Virus record (IMG/VR): IMGVR_UViG_3300021255_004427
Coordinates: 160,102 to 224,101 of that record
DNA length: 64,000 nucleotides
DNA from: a virus
Lineage: Duplodnaviria; Caudoviricetes
Strand: one strand, 5' to 3'
In this document: positions 1 through 9,041 of the stretch, piece after piece
How the letters are laid out: every line of letters starts with the position of its first letter
Numbering within the stretch: the first letter of the stretch is position 1
Position numbers and translations under genes: made by a program
The notes under the pieces: model-generated
The model's database searches: none
The model's input: only the letters and a program-made list of their open reading frames with translations
What the model was told of the DNA's origin: nothing

Positions 1-432
1 TTCTTTGCGTGGGGGTCAGTAGTAGGAACTACGGAATCTCGAATTTATTCTACTAGGCATTGGGGAGATTCACCAGACAAGCCTAACGGCGCAAAGTCAT
101 TATTTGAAGACGGTGATTACTATACTTGGCGTTTTGTATGTGCCAGCGCTACTGGTATGGTTTGCTATCTGCAGGATACTCCGGTATTCTTAGGCGGTTA
201 TTTTTCTACGGTTCCCGCTAAGGAAATTCCACTTAAACCGAATTCTGCTAACTATATCTATTTCCATAGAAATAGTGATGATTACAAGGTAGTAGACGTA
301 GAGGTAACACAGTCGCCGCGAAATGATGTGGACGGTTTTAACCGTATCTACCTTACCAAGGTGGTAACCAACGCTGACGGTCCTGTATCACAAGAATATA
401 ATCAGATAGATAATTATCATAAGAAAAAGTAA
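1..432 (+). CDS. C-terminal part of a probable virion/tail protein (starts before the window)
   Basis: Frame 1 is open from base 1 (FFAWGSVVG...) through the 157..432 ORF; late-gene context. Confidence 0.6.
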   Translation, partial: FFAWGSVVGTTESRIYSTRHWGDSPDKPNGAKSLFEDGDYYTWRFVCASATGMVCYLQDTPVFLGGYFSTVPAKEIPLKPNSANYIYFHRNSDDYKVVDVEVTQSPRNDVDGFNRIYLTKVVTNADGPVSQEYNQIDNYHKKK

Positions 433-442
433 AGTTTTGACA

Positions 443-485
443 TCTAGTCACCGATGTAACCAAATCTCAAACACAAAGGTAATAT
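443..485 (+). promoter_or_regulatory. Putative phage late promoter motif, copy 1 (TCTA-N6-GATGTA-N18-AGGTAAT)
   Basis: TCTA 443-446, GATGTA 453-458, AGGTAAT 477-483; identical spacing in two other intergenic copies. Confidence 0.7.
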
Positions 486-563
486 ACCCCTTAGATGGGT
501 ACGACAAAATGGGCGGTCGTTTTTGGCCGCCATTGTTATGTCTGAAGAAAGGAAAAGGTAATC

Positions 564-1235
564 ATGGATACTAAAACCTACAACGTAAATCTTAAAGCTA
601 AGAAAACTTCTTGGGGAGGGCTTGCTTTTAACTTAAGTAAAAACGGAAAATTACTGGGCGGAGTTAATAAGCCTATGGACAGTGAAATGGCTTTGATTTT
701 GACTAATGAAAAACATTTAATGGATCAATTTTATAATCCGTACGAAAATTTGGAATATATTCCAGATGAATTTATCCTTGCGCCAGACTTAACTACTTGC
801 CAAGAAATGTTTGCGTACGGAACAAGTTTAAAATCAATCAATTTATCTTTATTTGACACGTCTAATATGACAAGCTTATATTGGATGTTTGCATGGTGTG
901 AATCTCTATTAGAAGTAGATGTAAGTAGCTTTAACACAAGCAAGGTAACACATTTCGGCGGAGTTTTTATGAATTGTCACGCCTTAAAATCGTTAGACCT
1001 AACCAGTTGGGATACATCAAATGGAAAGTTTTTTAGTAATATGTTTAGTCAATGCTACGAGTTAGAAGAGATTAAAGGAGTCATAGATATAACCAAAGCA
1101 GGCACTGGTTTTAGCGGAATGTTTGGAAACTGCGATAAGTTAAAACAGATTAAAATAAAAGCTACGCCAGACCAGCAACGATATTTCCGTAGCACAGCTG
1201 AGCTTAACTCCAGTACTGAAGTTATCTTTGTGTAA
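564..1235 (+). CDS. DUF285/BspA-like repeat protein with Lys-rich N-terminal adaptor
   Basis: Repeats FDTSNMTSLYWMFAWC, FNTSKVTHFGGVFMNC, WDTSNGKFFSNMFSQC; purine-rich RBS. Confidence 0.85.
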   Translation: MDTKTYNVNLKAKKTSWGGLAFNLSKNGKLLGGVNKPMDSEMALILTNEKHLMDQFYNPYENLEYIPDEFILAPDLTTCQEMFAYGTSLKSINLSLFDTSNMTSLYWMFAWCESLLEVDVSSFNTSKVTHFGGVFMNCHALKSLDLTSWDTSNGKFFSNMFSQCYELEEIKGVIDITKAGTGFSGMFGNCDKLKQIKIKATPDQQRYFRSTAELNSSTEVIFV

Positions 1236-1269
1236 CTCTTACACTTAAAGAAAGGGTAGATTAAATACT

Positions 1270-1947
1270 ATGGACAATAAAACCTACGAAGTAAAATTAA
1301 AAGCTCTCAAGACCAATCCTGAAATTAATTGCCAGTTAAACGCTATGAGAGGAAAAAAGAAAGTAAGCGTCTTAAACAAGAAGATGGAAACAGATTTGGA
1401 GAGTATTTTCTTGACGGATACTAATCATATCGTTGCCAAAATACTTACAGGTAAAAGTTCGTACACAGGTACAGCATTTGATGTTAGATTTCGTTCCACT
1501 TCTAACTTAACTAATTTAAGTTGTGCATTTAAAGCATGTACACAGGTTAAACAAATTGATGTAAGTGGAATAGATGTTTCAAATGTCAAAACGTTGGAAT
1601 ATACATTCGGTTATTGCCGTAAGTTAAAATCTATCGATTTATCTAATTGGAATACGTCTGCGGTAACCAATTTTCATTGTATGTTTTCTAATTGCTTGGC
1701 TCTTGAACGAGTTGATGGAGTAATCGATATGACATCCATGCCTCGTTCCATAAATAACGATACGATTGGTTTCTTTGAAGTTATGTTCGACTCTAATGCT
1801 ACAAATCTTCGCGGCGTAAAATTGAAAAATGTTCCGGATAACTTCATGGAAAATGTTACCATTCGTCGTGGAAGCAGTCCGACCATACATCCGGGATACC
1901 GCTGGTGCGGTTTTAACTCCCCTGACCAATTCGAAATAGTTTCCTGA
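1270..1947 (+). CDS. DUF285/BspA-like repeat protein with Lys-rich N-terminal adaptor
   Basis: IDVSNVKTLEYTFGYC, WNTSAVTNFHCMFSNC repeats; N-terminus MDNKTYEVKLKALK paralogous to 564. Confidence 0.85.
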   Translation: MDNKTYEVKLKALKTNPEINCQLNAMRGKKKVSVLNKKMETDLESIFLTDTNHIVAKILTGKSSYTGTAFDVRFRSTSNLTNLSCAFKACTQVKQIDVSGIDVSNVKTLEYTFGYCRKLKSIDLSNWNTSAVTNFHCMFSNCLALERVDGVIDMTSMPRSINNDTIGFFEVMFDSNATNLRGVKLKNVPDNFMENVTIRRGSSPTIHPGYRWCGFNSPDQFEIVS

Positions 1948-1949
1948 GT

Positions 1950-1992
1950 TCTACGTACTGATGTAGCTGAACTTCGTATCCATAGGTAATAT
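1950..1992 (+). promoter_or_regulatory. Putative phage late promoter motif, copy 2
   Basis: TCTA 1950-1953, GATGTA 1960-1965, AGGTAAT 1984-1990, followed by a GGCGGC..GCCGCC hairpin. Confidence 0.7.
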
Positions 1993-2083
1993 GTCCCATG
2001 TAAGGTGGCGCGAGGCGGCCATGTTCTTGCCGCCCGCACTATCTCTCACACATAAAACTTTATTTTCAAAGGAGAAATGAGAA

Positions 2084-3073
2084 ATGTCTCTTACAAACCT
2101 CTCTCAGATTAAAGGTCTGAAAAATCTTCGCGGCGATGTAGACTTGCTCTTAAAGTCCTATGATGCTGCAAAAGTTGTAACTCAAATCGCTAAAGCAGAG
2201 GGCGAAGGCAACTACAATGTTGAGGAACTGCTCGAAGCATTGAAGTCCAAACTGGACGCTATCGCTGGCACAGGTGAAGGCCAGTCTCTCGACGCCCTCA
2301 AAAAGGCTATTGACGACCTGAAGAATAAGCCTATTAAAGCTTACACGGGCAACGCCGAAGAACCGGTAAAAGAGTATAAGCTCTTCGAACTGCCGGAAGA
2401 TGCTCTCCTTAAGAGTGACGAGCTGGACATCACGGCTTATCAGAATGCCTTGGATGCACTGGTAGCTAAGCTGGCCGCCAATAAAGACCTTATCAATGCG
2501 GTTAAGGAACTGGTCGGCGAGCAGAGCGCTCAGGAACAGATTGCTGCCGCCATTAAGGCTATGGAAGATGCCTTAGCTCTTAAGGCTGACCAGGCCGACG
2601 TAGACAAGACCAGCGCTGCCGCTCAGGTACTTGATACTAAGGTTAAGGCTCTCGAAGAAGGTGCTGTGGCTGAAGTTCAGGACGTAGTAGCCCTGGGCGA
2701 CCTTCAGGTAGCTCTCCCGATGACTAAGGAAGCTAACGACCGTCTGGTTCGTGTTTACGTTAACGGCGCTGTTTACTACGAAGGTGACGATTTCACCGTT
2801 GACCGCCAGAAAAAGGAAGTTAACTGGACGCTGACTGACTTCGAACTGACCAAGGCTATCGCCTCCAAGGTAACGGTTAAGTATTACGCTCCGTTGGGTT
2901 TGGGCGAAGAACCGTTTGACCCGTCGCTTATTCAGCTTGATGACTCTAAGATTGTCTTGACCCGTGAAGAGCCGGAAAAGAGCTTTAATGTAACCATCCC
3001 GGCCGACTGTACGCTGGAAGTAGTTCCGTCCGACCCGGAAGCTGTTGAAGTAACGGTAACGGAAGTAAAGTAA
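2084..3073 (+). CDS. Putative virion fibre/scaffold protein (coiled coil + VYVNG beta domain + C-terminal half Ig domain)
   Basis: Strong RBS AAAGGAG, biased codon usage, paralogous to 5019..6530 (MSLTNL.QIKG...LLKSYDAAKV). Confidence 0.7.
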   Translation: MSLTNLSQIKGLKNLRGDVDLLLKSYDAAKVVTQIAKAEGEGNYNVEELLEALKSKLDAIAGTGEGQSLDALKKAIDDLKNKPIKAYTGNAEEPVKEYKLFELPEDALLKSDELDITAYQNALDALVAKLAANKDLINAVKELVGEQSAQEQIAAAIKAMEDALALKADQADVDKTSAAAQVLDTKVKALEEGAVAEVQDVVALGDLQVALPMTKEANDRLVRVYVNGAVYYEGDDFTVDRQKKEVNWTLTDFELTKAIASKVTVKYYAPLGLGEEPFDPSLIQLDDSKIVLTREEPEKSFNVTIPADCTLEVVPSDPEAVEVTVTEVK

Positions 3074-3081
3074 GCAAAATA

Positions 3082-3122
3082 AAGTTGGCGGCGCCCTGAA
3101 AACAGGGCGTCCAAGCCAACTT
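3082..3122 (+). terminator. Long intergenic hairpin after the 2084 gene
   Basis: AAGTTGGC-GGCGCCCTG-AAAA-CAGGGCGTCC-AA-GCCAACTT; no clear U-tract, so may be a stability/processing hairpin. Confidence 0.5.
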
Positions 3123-3150
3123 AAAGTGTATTTCATTAGAAGGTGAATGA

Positions 3151-3825
3151 ATGGACTTCAGGAAGTTTTCAATAAAAACCAAGAGGATCTCAAAAGACGA
3201 AAAAGAAATCGGTATAAGCCTCAATGCATACAGGGAAGGTAAGATTGTTTCAAAGACAGGCTTAGATGTAGAAGTTTGTAACACTATTTTCTTTACGGAC
3301 ACCTGTCACAGCTTCCAGTACAATAATATATATTCTCTTGAGGAACTAAAGGTTCTCACTAGCATACCTAAATATAGAGTGAGTCCTAAGATTAAGGACG
3401 TTTCTTATATGTTCGGCAACTGCCGCAGCGTAGAGTCGATAGACACGTCTGCTTTTTATGGCATCCAGCCGAAGGACATGACGGGGATGTTCTTTTTCTG
3501 TCAAAATCTCAAATATCTAGACTTGACAGGGATAGATTTCTCCCAAGTCACGAGTTATAGAGTAATGTTTCATAGCTGCACTTCATTGCAGCGAATAGAC
3601 GGAGTGTTTGACTTATCAAATATCAAGAGCAATGACGATCTTGAAAATCTAAACAATATGTTCAAGAAATGCCCGTCTACGCTAAAAGTGAAGTTAAGAA
3701 ATATTCCAAGCAATTTCTATACCGCTATTAAACCTAAGAGAACAAGTGATTTTGGCAATGTGGTAGCGATGCCTTGTTCTCAGCGTATGGGATTGAAGCC
3801 TGAGCAGATAGAGATTGTTGAATAA
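3151..3825 (+). CDS. DUF285/BspA-like repeat protein with Lys-rich N-terminal adaptor
   Basis: DVSYMFGNC, DMTGMFFFC, IDFSQVTSYRVMFHSC repeats. Confidence 0.85.
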   Translation: MDFRKFSIKTKRISKDEKEIGISLNAYREGKIVSKTGLDVEVCNTIFFTDTCHSFQYNNIYSLEELKVLTSIPKYRVSPKIKDVSYMFGNCRSVESIDTSAFYGIQPKDMTGMFFFCQNLKYLDLTGIDFSQVTSYRVMFHSCTSLQRIDGVFDLSNIKSNDDLENLNNMFKKCPSTLKVKLRNIPSNFYTAIKPKRTSDFGNVVAMPCSQRMGLKPEQIEIVE

Positions 3826-3839
3826 TAACGGAGAACATA

Positions 3840-4856
3840 TTGACCATGAACAGACTCAAGACTTATGAGGTATTATTAAGGGCGTTAGATAATACCTCCC
3901 TAGCCACAATTGATATTAGTGTAAACAAAAAAGGAAAAAATATTTTCCAACGCACCAAGGGCGTAGAGGCAAATGGATTCCCTGTGCCTTACCTTAGTTT
4001 TATAGAAGAAAACAAGAGCCCATTTACGTTAAAGACAACGAATACTCAAAAAAACTGGAATGGAAAATTAGAATATTCTACGGACAAGAAGATATGGAAC
4101 GAATGGAACGGAGAGGAGATTTCTTCTTCTGATAACGGCGAATTATTTTTGCGAGGAGAAAACAATTCTCACATTGTAGACGCAGCAAAAAAAGCATCAG
4201 AGCAACCATTCGTGTTCAGTGACAACAATCGAATACAATGCATCGGAAACATCGAAACGTTACTTGACTGTAAAATGGTAATGAATGGGGAGCATCCGCG
4301 TATGGATGACAGGTGTTTTAGTGCGCTTTTCTACAAAGCAAAATCATTGACATCCGTATATGAATTAGAATTACCTGCAAAGCAATTGACGTACGCATGC
4401 TATAATGCTATGTTTTGCGACACATCAATCACGAAAACACCAAAAGAATTACCTGCCATTTCTTTAGCAGAAGGTTGTTACAGTGCTATGTTTCAAGGCT
4501 GTGCAGATTTAATTGAAGCGCCAAAAACACTACCTGCGAAACAAACTTTTACATATAGCTATTCCAGTATGTTTTCCCAGTGCAGCGCCTTGGTTAGTGC
4601 GCCCGAAATATTAGCTACGTCTATGGGAGTAGGTTGCTGTAACGCCATGTTTAGCGAGTGCGATTCGCTTATTACACCTCCTTCTAAGTTGCCTGCAACT
4701 AACCTGGGAAAAGGATGTTATACAGGCATGTTCATTGGGAGCTATAAGTTAAATGGAACAATCCACTGTCCTACATCTACGGCCAATGACCCCAACAGAC
4801 TTGACATTAACGTCGATATTCCAGCTAATACAGCTACCGTAGTATATGACTTATAA
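3840..4856 (+). CDS. LRR-like repeat protein (LPA..LA.GCY..MF..C repeats) with the same N-terminal adaptor
   Basis: Tandem ~24-aa repeats such as ELPAISLAEGCYSAMFQGC; N-terminus KTYEVLLRALD; alternative ATG at 3846. Confidence 0.8.
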   Translation: MTMNRLKTYEVLLRALDNTSLATIDISVNKKGKNIFQRTKGVEANGFPVPYLSFIEENKSPFTLKTTNTQKNWNGKLEYSTDKKIWNEWNGEEISSSDNGELFLRGENNSHIVDAAKKASEQPFVFSDNNRIQCIGNIETLLDCKMVMNGEHPRMDDRCFSALFYKAKSLTSVYELELPAKQLTYACYNAMFCDTSITKTPKELPAISLAEGCYSAMFQGCADLIEAPKTLPAKQTFTYSYSSMFSQCSALVSAPEILATSMGVGCCNAMFSECDSLITPPSKLPATNLGKGCYTGMFIGSYKLNGTIHCPTSTANDPNRLDINVDIPANTATVVYDL

Positions 4857-4878
4857 TCCCTAAAATACTTTCCTGTGT

Positions 4879-4921
4879 TCTACGGTTAGATGTAGCTAAT
4901 CTCGCTATCCACAGGTAATGT
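4879..4921 (+). promoter_or_regulatory. Putative phage late promoter motif, copy 3
   Basis: TCTA 4879-4882, GATGTA 4889-4894, AGGTAAT 4913-4919, followed by a hairpin. Confidence 0.7.
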
Positions 4922-5018
4922 ATACGATGTAAGAGTAAAGCTCAGACGGTCTGTTTTAAAAAGGCCGCCGACGCTGTCTCTTAGTTAAATTTCTATACTA
5001 TAAAAGGAGAAATGTGTA

Positions 5019-6530
5019 ATGTCTCTTACGAATCTTGCACAAATTAAGGGTGGTCTTCAGCTCCAGGCTGACGTACAGGCGCTTCTGAAGTCCTACGATG
5101 CTGCCAAGGTTTTGACGCAGATTGCTAAGGCTGTAGATGAAGGCGAAGAAGCCTCCAACTACAATGCCGAGGAACTGCTGGCAGAACTCAAGGCTAAGGT
5201 AGACGCCATCGCCGGCGAAGGCACTGAAGGCGAAGGTGTATCCCTGGCATCCCTGGCTGCCGCTATCGATGCTCTTAAGGACAAGAAGCTCAAGGATATG
5301 GTCCGCGTTGAGTTCGGTATCGCATCCGGCGTAGCTACTCTTCCGGCTGATTTCGACGCTAAGGTTCCCGCTTGCGACAAGACGAAGGCTCTGCCGGTTT
5401 ACACGGCTGACAACGAAGTCGTATTCAACGAGAACGGCGAACAGCTGACCATCGTTCCGGAAACGGGCGTACTGAACGGCGTTCCTTCCGTAGTAGACGC
5501 TGAAGCATCTGCTAAGGCTGAAGACGGCAAAGTTGTCTACAAGGCAATGGGCGACTTCACGGGTAAGATTTTCCCTGTGGGCGAATGGAAGCTGGCCGAC
5601 CTGCCGACCGAAGCTCTTCTCGACAACAACGAGATGCAGCTCGTTGCTTACAAGACGGCTCTCGATAAGCTGGTAGTTGACCTGACCCGCGATGAAGACC
5701 TCATCAACCAGGTTAAGGAACTGGTAGGCGAAAAGGCTGTTAAGGATCAGCTCGATGCTGCTCTGGAAGCCGTTAACGAAGCTATCGCCGGCAAGGCTGA
5801 AAAGGCCGCTCTGGACGAAGTAGACGAAACAGTTAAGGCTATCGATGAACGCGTTAAGGCCATCGAAGACGTACAGGAAGAGATGGTTTCCGATAAGGTT
5901 GCCGTTTCCGGCCCCGTTACCGAATTCGCCCTGTCCAAGAAGCCGAACGCTAAGCTGGTCGAAATGGTTATCAACCACCTCGTATACCGCGAAGGCGAAG
6001 ACTTTACGGTTGACCGCGAAGCTCAGAAGGCAGTCTGGACACTGACGGCTGCTAATGATGGCTTCGATATCGATGCTGACCTGACGGACGCTGTTCGTAT
6101 CAACTATTTTTTTAAGGCCGCCGGTGAGGCCGTAACACCTGCACCGGCTCCTGCGGAAAACCCGACGGATGCTCCTGCTGGCGAAGGCTGGGAGGCAGTT
6201 GTAAACGTTCCTAAGGCTGCAACGACCCTCGACCTCCAGAAGGTTTTGACGGCTGAACAGCTCGCGGATATTACTGACGAAAACGCTGCCGGCCCGGAAT
6301 CTGATGGCGTAGGCCGTAAGATTCGTTGCTATGTAAACGGTGTAGAACTCAAATGGGACTACGAAAACACTGGCGATGAAGAAGTAGAGGCTGCTCTCGT
6401 AGCTTCTGGCCTGACCAAGGGTAAGGAATTCGTATTCGGTACTTACGAACTGGATAGCTCGAAGATCCTGAACTTCAGCTGCGGTTGGAGCGAAACCGGC
6501 TGCGACGTAAAAATCGTTTACCAGCCGTAA
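5019..6530 (+). CDS. Putative virion fibre/scaffold protein, paralogue of 2084
   Basis: Shared N-terminus and Y.EG.DFTVDR domain; extra ~100-aa insert, PAPAPA linker and different C-terminal domain. Confidence 0.7.
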   Translation: MSLTNLAQIKGGLQLQADVQALLKSYDAAKVLTQIAKAVDEGEEASNYNAEELLAELKAKVDAIAGEGTEGEGVSLASLAAAIDALKDKKLKDMVRVEFGIASGVATLPADFDAKVPACDKTKALPVYTADNEVVFNENGEQLTIVPETGVLNGVPSVVDAEASAKAEDGKVVYKAMGDFTGKIFPVGEWKLADLPTEALLDNNEMQLVAYKTALDKLVVDLTRDEDLINQVKELVGEKAVKDQLDAALEAVNEAIAGKAEKAALDEVDETVKAIDERVKAIEDVQEEMVSDKVAVSGPVTEFALSKKPNAKLVEMVINHLVYREGEDFTVDREAQKAVWTLTAANDGFDIDADLTDAVRINYFFKAAGEAVTPAPAPAENPTDAPAGEGWEAVVNVPKAATTLDLQKVLTAEQLADITDENAAGPESDGVGRKIRCYVNGVELKWDYENTGDEEVEAALVASGLTKGKEFVFGTYELDSSKILNFSCGWSETGCDVKIVYQP

Positions 6531-6545
6531 AACTAAATGCAGGTT

Positions 6546-6580
6546 AATAGAGTGCCCTGCCATGGGGCGCTCTATTTTAT
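6546..6580 (+). terminator. Rho-independent terminator
   Basis: AATAGAGTGCCC...GGGCGCTCTATT then TTAT. Confidence 0.7.
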
Positions 6581-6604
6581 CTTCTTTTTAGTAAAGGAGT
6601 AAAA

Positions 6605-7141
6605 ATGGCATACGATAAAACAAATGATTTGTTTCCAATTCAGAATGATGTTTTGACGACACTTCTGACAAATAATACGAAAATCTCCAAGTTAAATGGC
6701 CTAAAAACTGATGGCAAATCCATTGTTAAAGCGATTAACGAATTGTTGGGTAAGTTAAATACCGCCCTCAGCCAGGTAACTACAGCCAGTCAGGAAGCTA
6801 ATGAGGCAAAGGACGGCGTGGCTGGGGTTAAAACGGAAGTTCAGACAATGGTTACTGAAATCGTAACCCAGAAGATGACCGAAATTGTCTCTGGTGGCAT
6901 TCAGAACGATGAATTTACTTGCGAGGACAATCAGACGGTATTTAAATTATCCAAGGCACCTATCGATAAAGACAATATCTTGTTCTATATTAATGGGGTA
7001 AAGTACAGGAAAGTTGATTGTCGTTATGACGAATCGACAAATACTGTTGAGTGGGTTAATACGGACATTGATGAAAATCATCCGCATCCGTTCTACTTAA
7101 AAAACACAGATGTCGTGTCAGCCGTATATATGAGTAAGTAA
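6605..7141 (+). CDS. Putative virion protein with LKT..KSIVKAINEL motif and FYING beta domain
   Basis: LKTDGKSIVKAINEL resembles a phage tail-fibre motif; FKLSKAP..ILFYING resembles the domain in 2084 and 5019. Confidence 0.65.
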   Translation: MAYDKTNDLFPIQNDVLTTLLTNNTKISKLNGLKTDGKSIVKAINELLGKLNTALSQVTTASQEANEAKDGVAGVKTEVQTMVTEIVTQKMTEIVSGGIQNDEFTCEDNQTVFKLSKAPIDKDNILFYINGVKYRKVDCRYDESTNTVEWVNTDIDENHPHPFYLKNTDVVSAVYMSK

Positions 7142-7158
7142 TTGGAGGTTTTTACAAT

Positions 7159-8733
7159 ATGCTTTTAGATGCTAAGCAAATGGATCCTAAATTTGAGCTT
7201 TGGTATAAAGAGTTCATGAGAACTCGTTTTCCTGAAATCGTTGATTATGAGTTGGTCTTTAACGATAATGGATATGTGGCGGAACAGGACGAAAAAGGCC
7301 GCTACGTTGTAAATATGGATAAGGGTGTTAATCTATCGATAGATAAACTCCCACAAAAAGTTAACGCATTCTATAAGAACAAGGCTGCCGGAGAACTGAA
7401 TATCCATTGGGATGCAGCTGTTCGCAACTATAACCCAAACAAGAGTGGCGAGCAGGTTTTGCGCGCAGGCCTCGAAGTGGGCGTATATAATCCCATGAAC
7501 TTGACTCCGGAACTGGTTATGCTTATTGCCCGTAGCGAAAAGATTTCCTTGCAAAACTGGTGGAAGAATAGCGCCAAAGTTAAGGAAGTAAGCTATCTTA
7601 ATGGCACGAAGGCAGAAGACTTCGCTGTTTTGGAAGATTACTATATCACCGATATGACCCACGCTTTTGCTGGTGCAAGTGAAGTAGAAAGCCTTCCTGA
7701 ACTGGCTACCGAGAAAGATAATTCTCTTACCAGCCTGGCTTACGCCTTCGATGGCTGCGCAAAGCTGAAGGCTGTTCCGTCTATCGCAACCGTCGGCGTA
7801 ACCGATATTGAAGGCGCATTCCGTGGATGCGAATCCCTGACGGATCTAAGCGGTATGGATTTGAGCAATAGCTATATGATTGCTCACGCATTCAGTGGCT
7901 GTAAAAACCTGAAGAAGCTCCCGAATCTATCTGGTTTAGCTACGGCAACTCCGAGCAGCTTTGTCGACGCATTCCGTGGTTGCTCCAGCCTTCCTGCAGT
8001 GTTCCCTTATACGATTAACGTATCCAGCGTAACAAACCGCAATAACTTTGGCGGCATGTTTGAGGGCAGTTCCGTCAAGGAAATCACTGTTCGTTACGAC
8101 GGTGAAACTATTCCTGAATACATTTGCCCGCTCTTTATGGGTAACGCATTGGAAAAAATCACCATCGTGAATGCTCAGGGCGAAGTTCGTGAAGTCCGTA
8201 CCCAGGCAAATAACCCGTCTATGATTTCTTACTTAGCTGCAGGAGACAGCAAACTGATTGTTCCGGCAGGCGTTTCTTCCATGAAGGTTGCTCTGGTATC
8301 TGGCGTAAGCTATAGTTATAGCACAGTAGATATCAAACACATCGCCGTTAAAAATAATCCGTCCTCGATTAAGCGCGGCGAAGAAGAAGTAATCACTTCA
8401 AACAAGGCAGCTGGAGAACGCGGTCATTACTTCGACTACATGGGTAGCCAGGAACAGCATGGTGGTTTCCCGGCCATGTTTGATGCTCAATACGAAGACT
8501 ATAGCAATGGCCAGGTTTATTGCTGCGGCGTAGGCGGCGGCAAACAGCTCACCAAGTATTGCCATGCTTGGGGCGCATTGGAAAACAGCTTCGTACAGGA
8601 TACGGTAGCAGTTACTCCGGGTGAAGAACTGACGATTAGCGTCGGCAATGGTAGTGCTTCTGGTGACTGCACGTTCAATAAGAAACCGGGCAATGGCTTG
8701 TATAATGGCTACGTTTTAGTAGAGTTCCAGTAA
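7159..8733 (+). CDS. Tail-fibre/adhesin-like protein: Big_4-like domain, BspA/DUF285-like repeats, glycine-rich C-terminal domain
   Basis: LPQKVNAFY..IHW..SG; AF.GC..L repeats; VPAGVSSMKVAL...VAVTPGEELTISVG. Confidence 0.7.
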   Translation: MLLDAKQMDPKFELWYKEFMRTRFPEIVDYELVFNDNGYVAEQDEKGRYVVNMDKGVNLSIDKLPQKVNAFYKNKAAGELNIHWDAAVRNYNPNKSGEQVLRAGLEVGVYNPMNLTPELVMLIARSEKISLQNWWKNSAKVKEVSYLNGTKAEDFAVLEDYYITDMTHAFAGASEVESLPELATEKDNSLTSLAYAFDGCAKLKAVPSIATVGVTDIEGAFRGCESLTDLSGMDLSNSYMIAHAFSGCKNLKKLPNLSGLATATPSSFVDAFRGCSSLPAVFPYTINVSSVTNRNNFGGMFEGSSVKEITVRYDGETIPEYICPLFMGNALEKITIVNAQGEVREVRTQANNPSMISYLAAGDSKLIVPAGVSSMKVALVSGVSYSYSTVDIKHIAVKNNPSSIKRGEEEVITSNKAAGERGHYFDYMGSQEQHGGFPAMFDAQYEDYSNGQVYCCGVGGGKQLTKYCHAWGALENSFVQDTVAVTPGEELTISVGNGSASGDCTFNKKPGNGLYNGYVLVEFQ

Positions 8734-8756
8734 GCACTTGCGAAAATAGTACATTT

Positions 8757-8785
8757 TTGCATAAACATCCTTTTTATGGTATACT
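8757..8785 (+). promoter_or_regulatory. Sigma-A type promoter
   Basis: TTGCAT-17 nt-TATACT with extended TG. Confidence 0.7.
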
Positions 8786-8819
8786 ATTTCGGTATATTTA
8801 CAGAGAGGATGTTTTTGTT

Positions 8820-9041
8820 TTGGCAAAGAAGATCAACTATGACGAAAAAATTGCGACATTGGAGCAGAAAATCGAAAAGAAGGCTGCTCAAATTTCTGCC
8901 CTAAAAAACGAGCTCAAAAAGTTGGAAGCAGAAAGCCGCAAGGAAAAATATGAAAGCATTATCGAATTTATCGATAACAAAAAGTTGCCGCTGGATCAAG
9001 TCATGACAGCTCTTGAGATGGTAGCGGAAGATAACAAATAA
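8820..9041 (+). CDS. Small coiled-coil protein (moron-like, own promoter and terminator)
   Basis: RBS AGAGGA, TTG start, MAKKINYDEKIATLEQKIEKK...; hairpin plus T-tract at about 9050-9095. Confidence 0.75.
   Translation: MAKKINYDEKIATLEQKIEKKAAQISALKNELKKLEAESRKEKYESIIEFIDNKKLPLDQVMTALEMVAEDNK

Noticed and set aside
3071-3151. Readthrough or frameshift fusing 2084 to 3151
   Set aside because: Different frames, 77-nt gap, own RBS, no slippery site; would not account for the other three heads
564-4856. DGR or shufflon diversifying the repeat genes
   Set aside because: No reverse transcriptase, template/variable repeat pair, or inverted cassettes with crossover sites seen; all genes are co-oriented
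4998-6563. 521-aa antisense ORF (also 2573..3136)
   Set aside because: Shadow of a codon-biased sense gene; no motifs recognised
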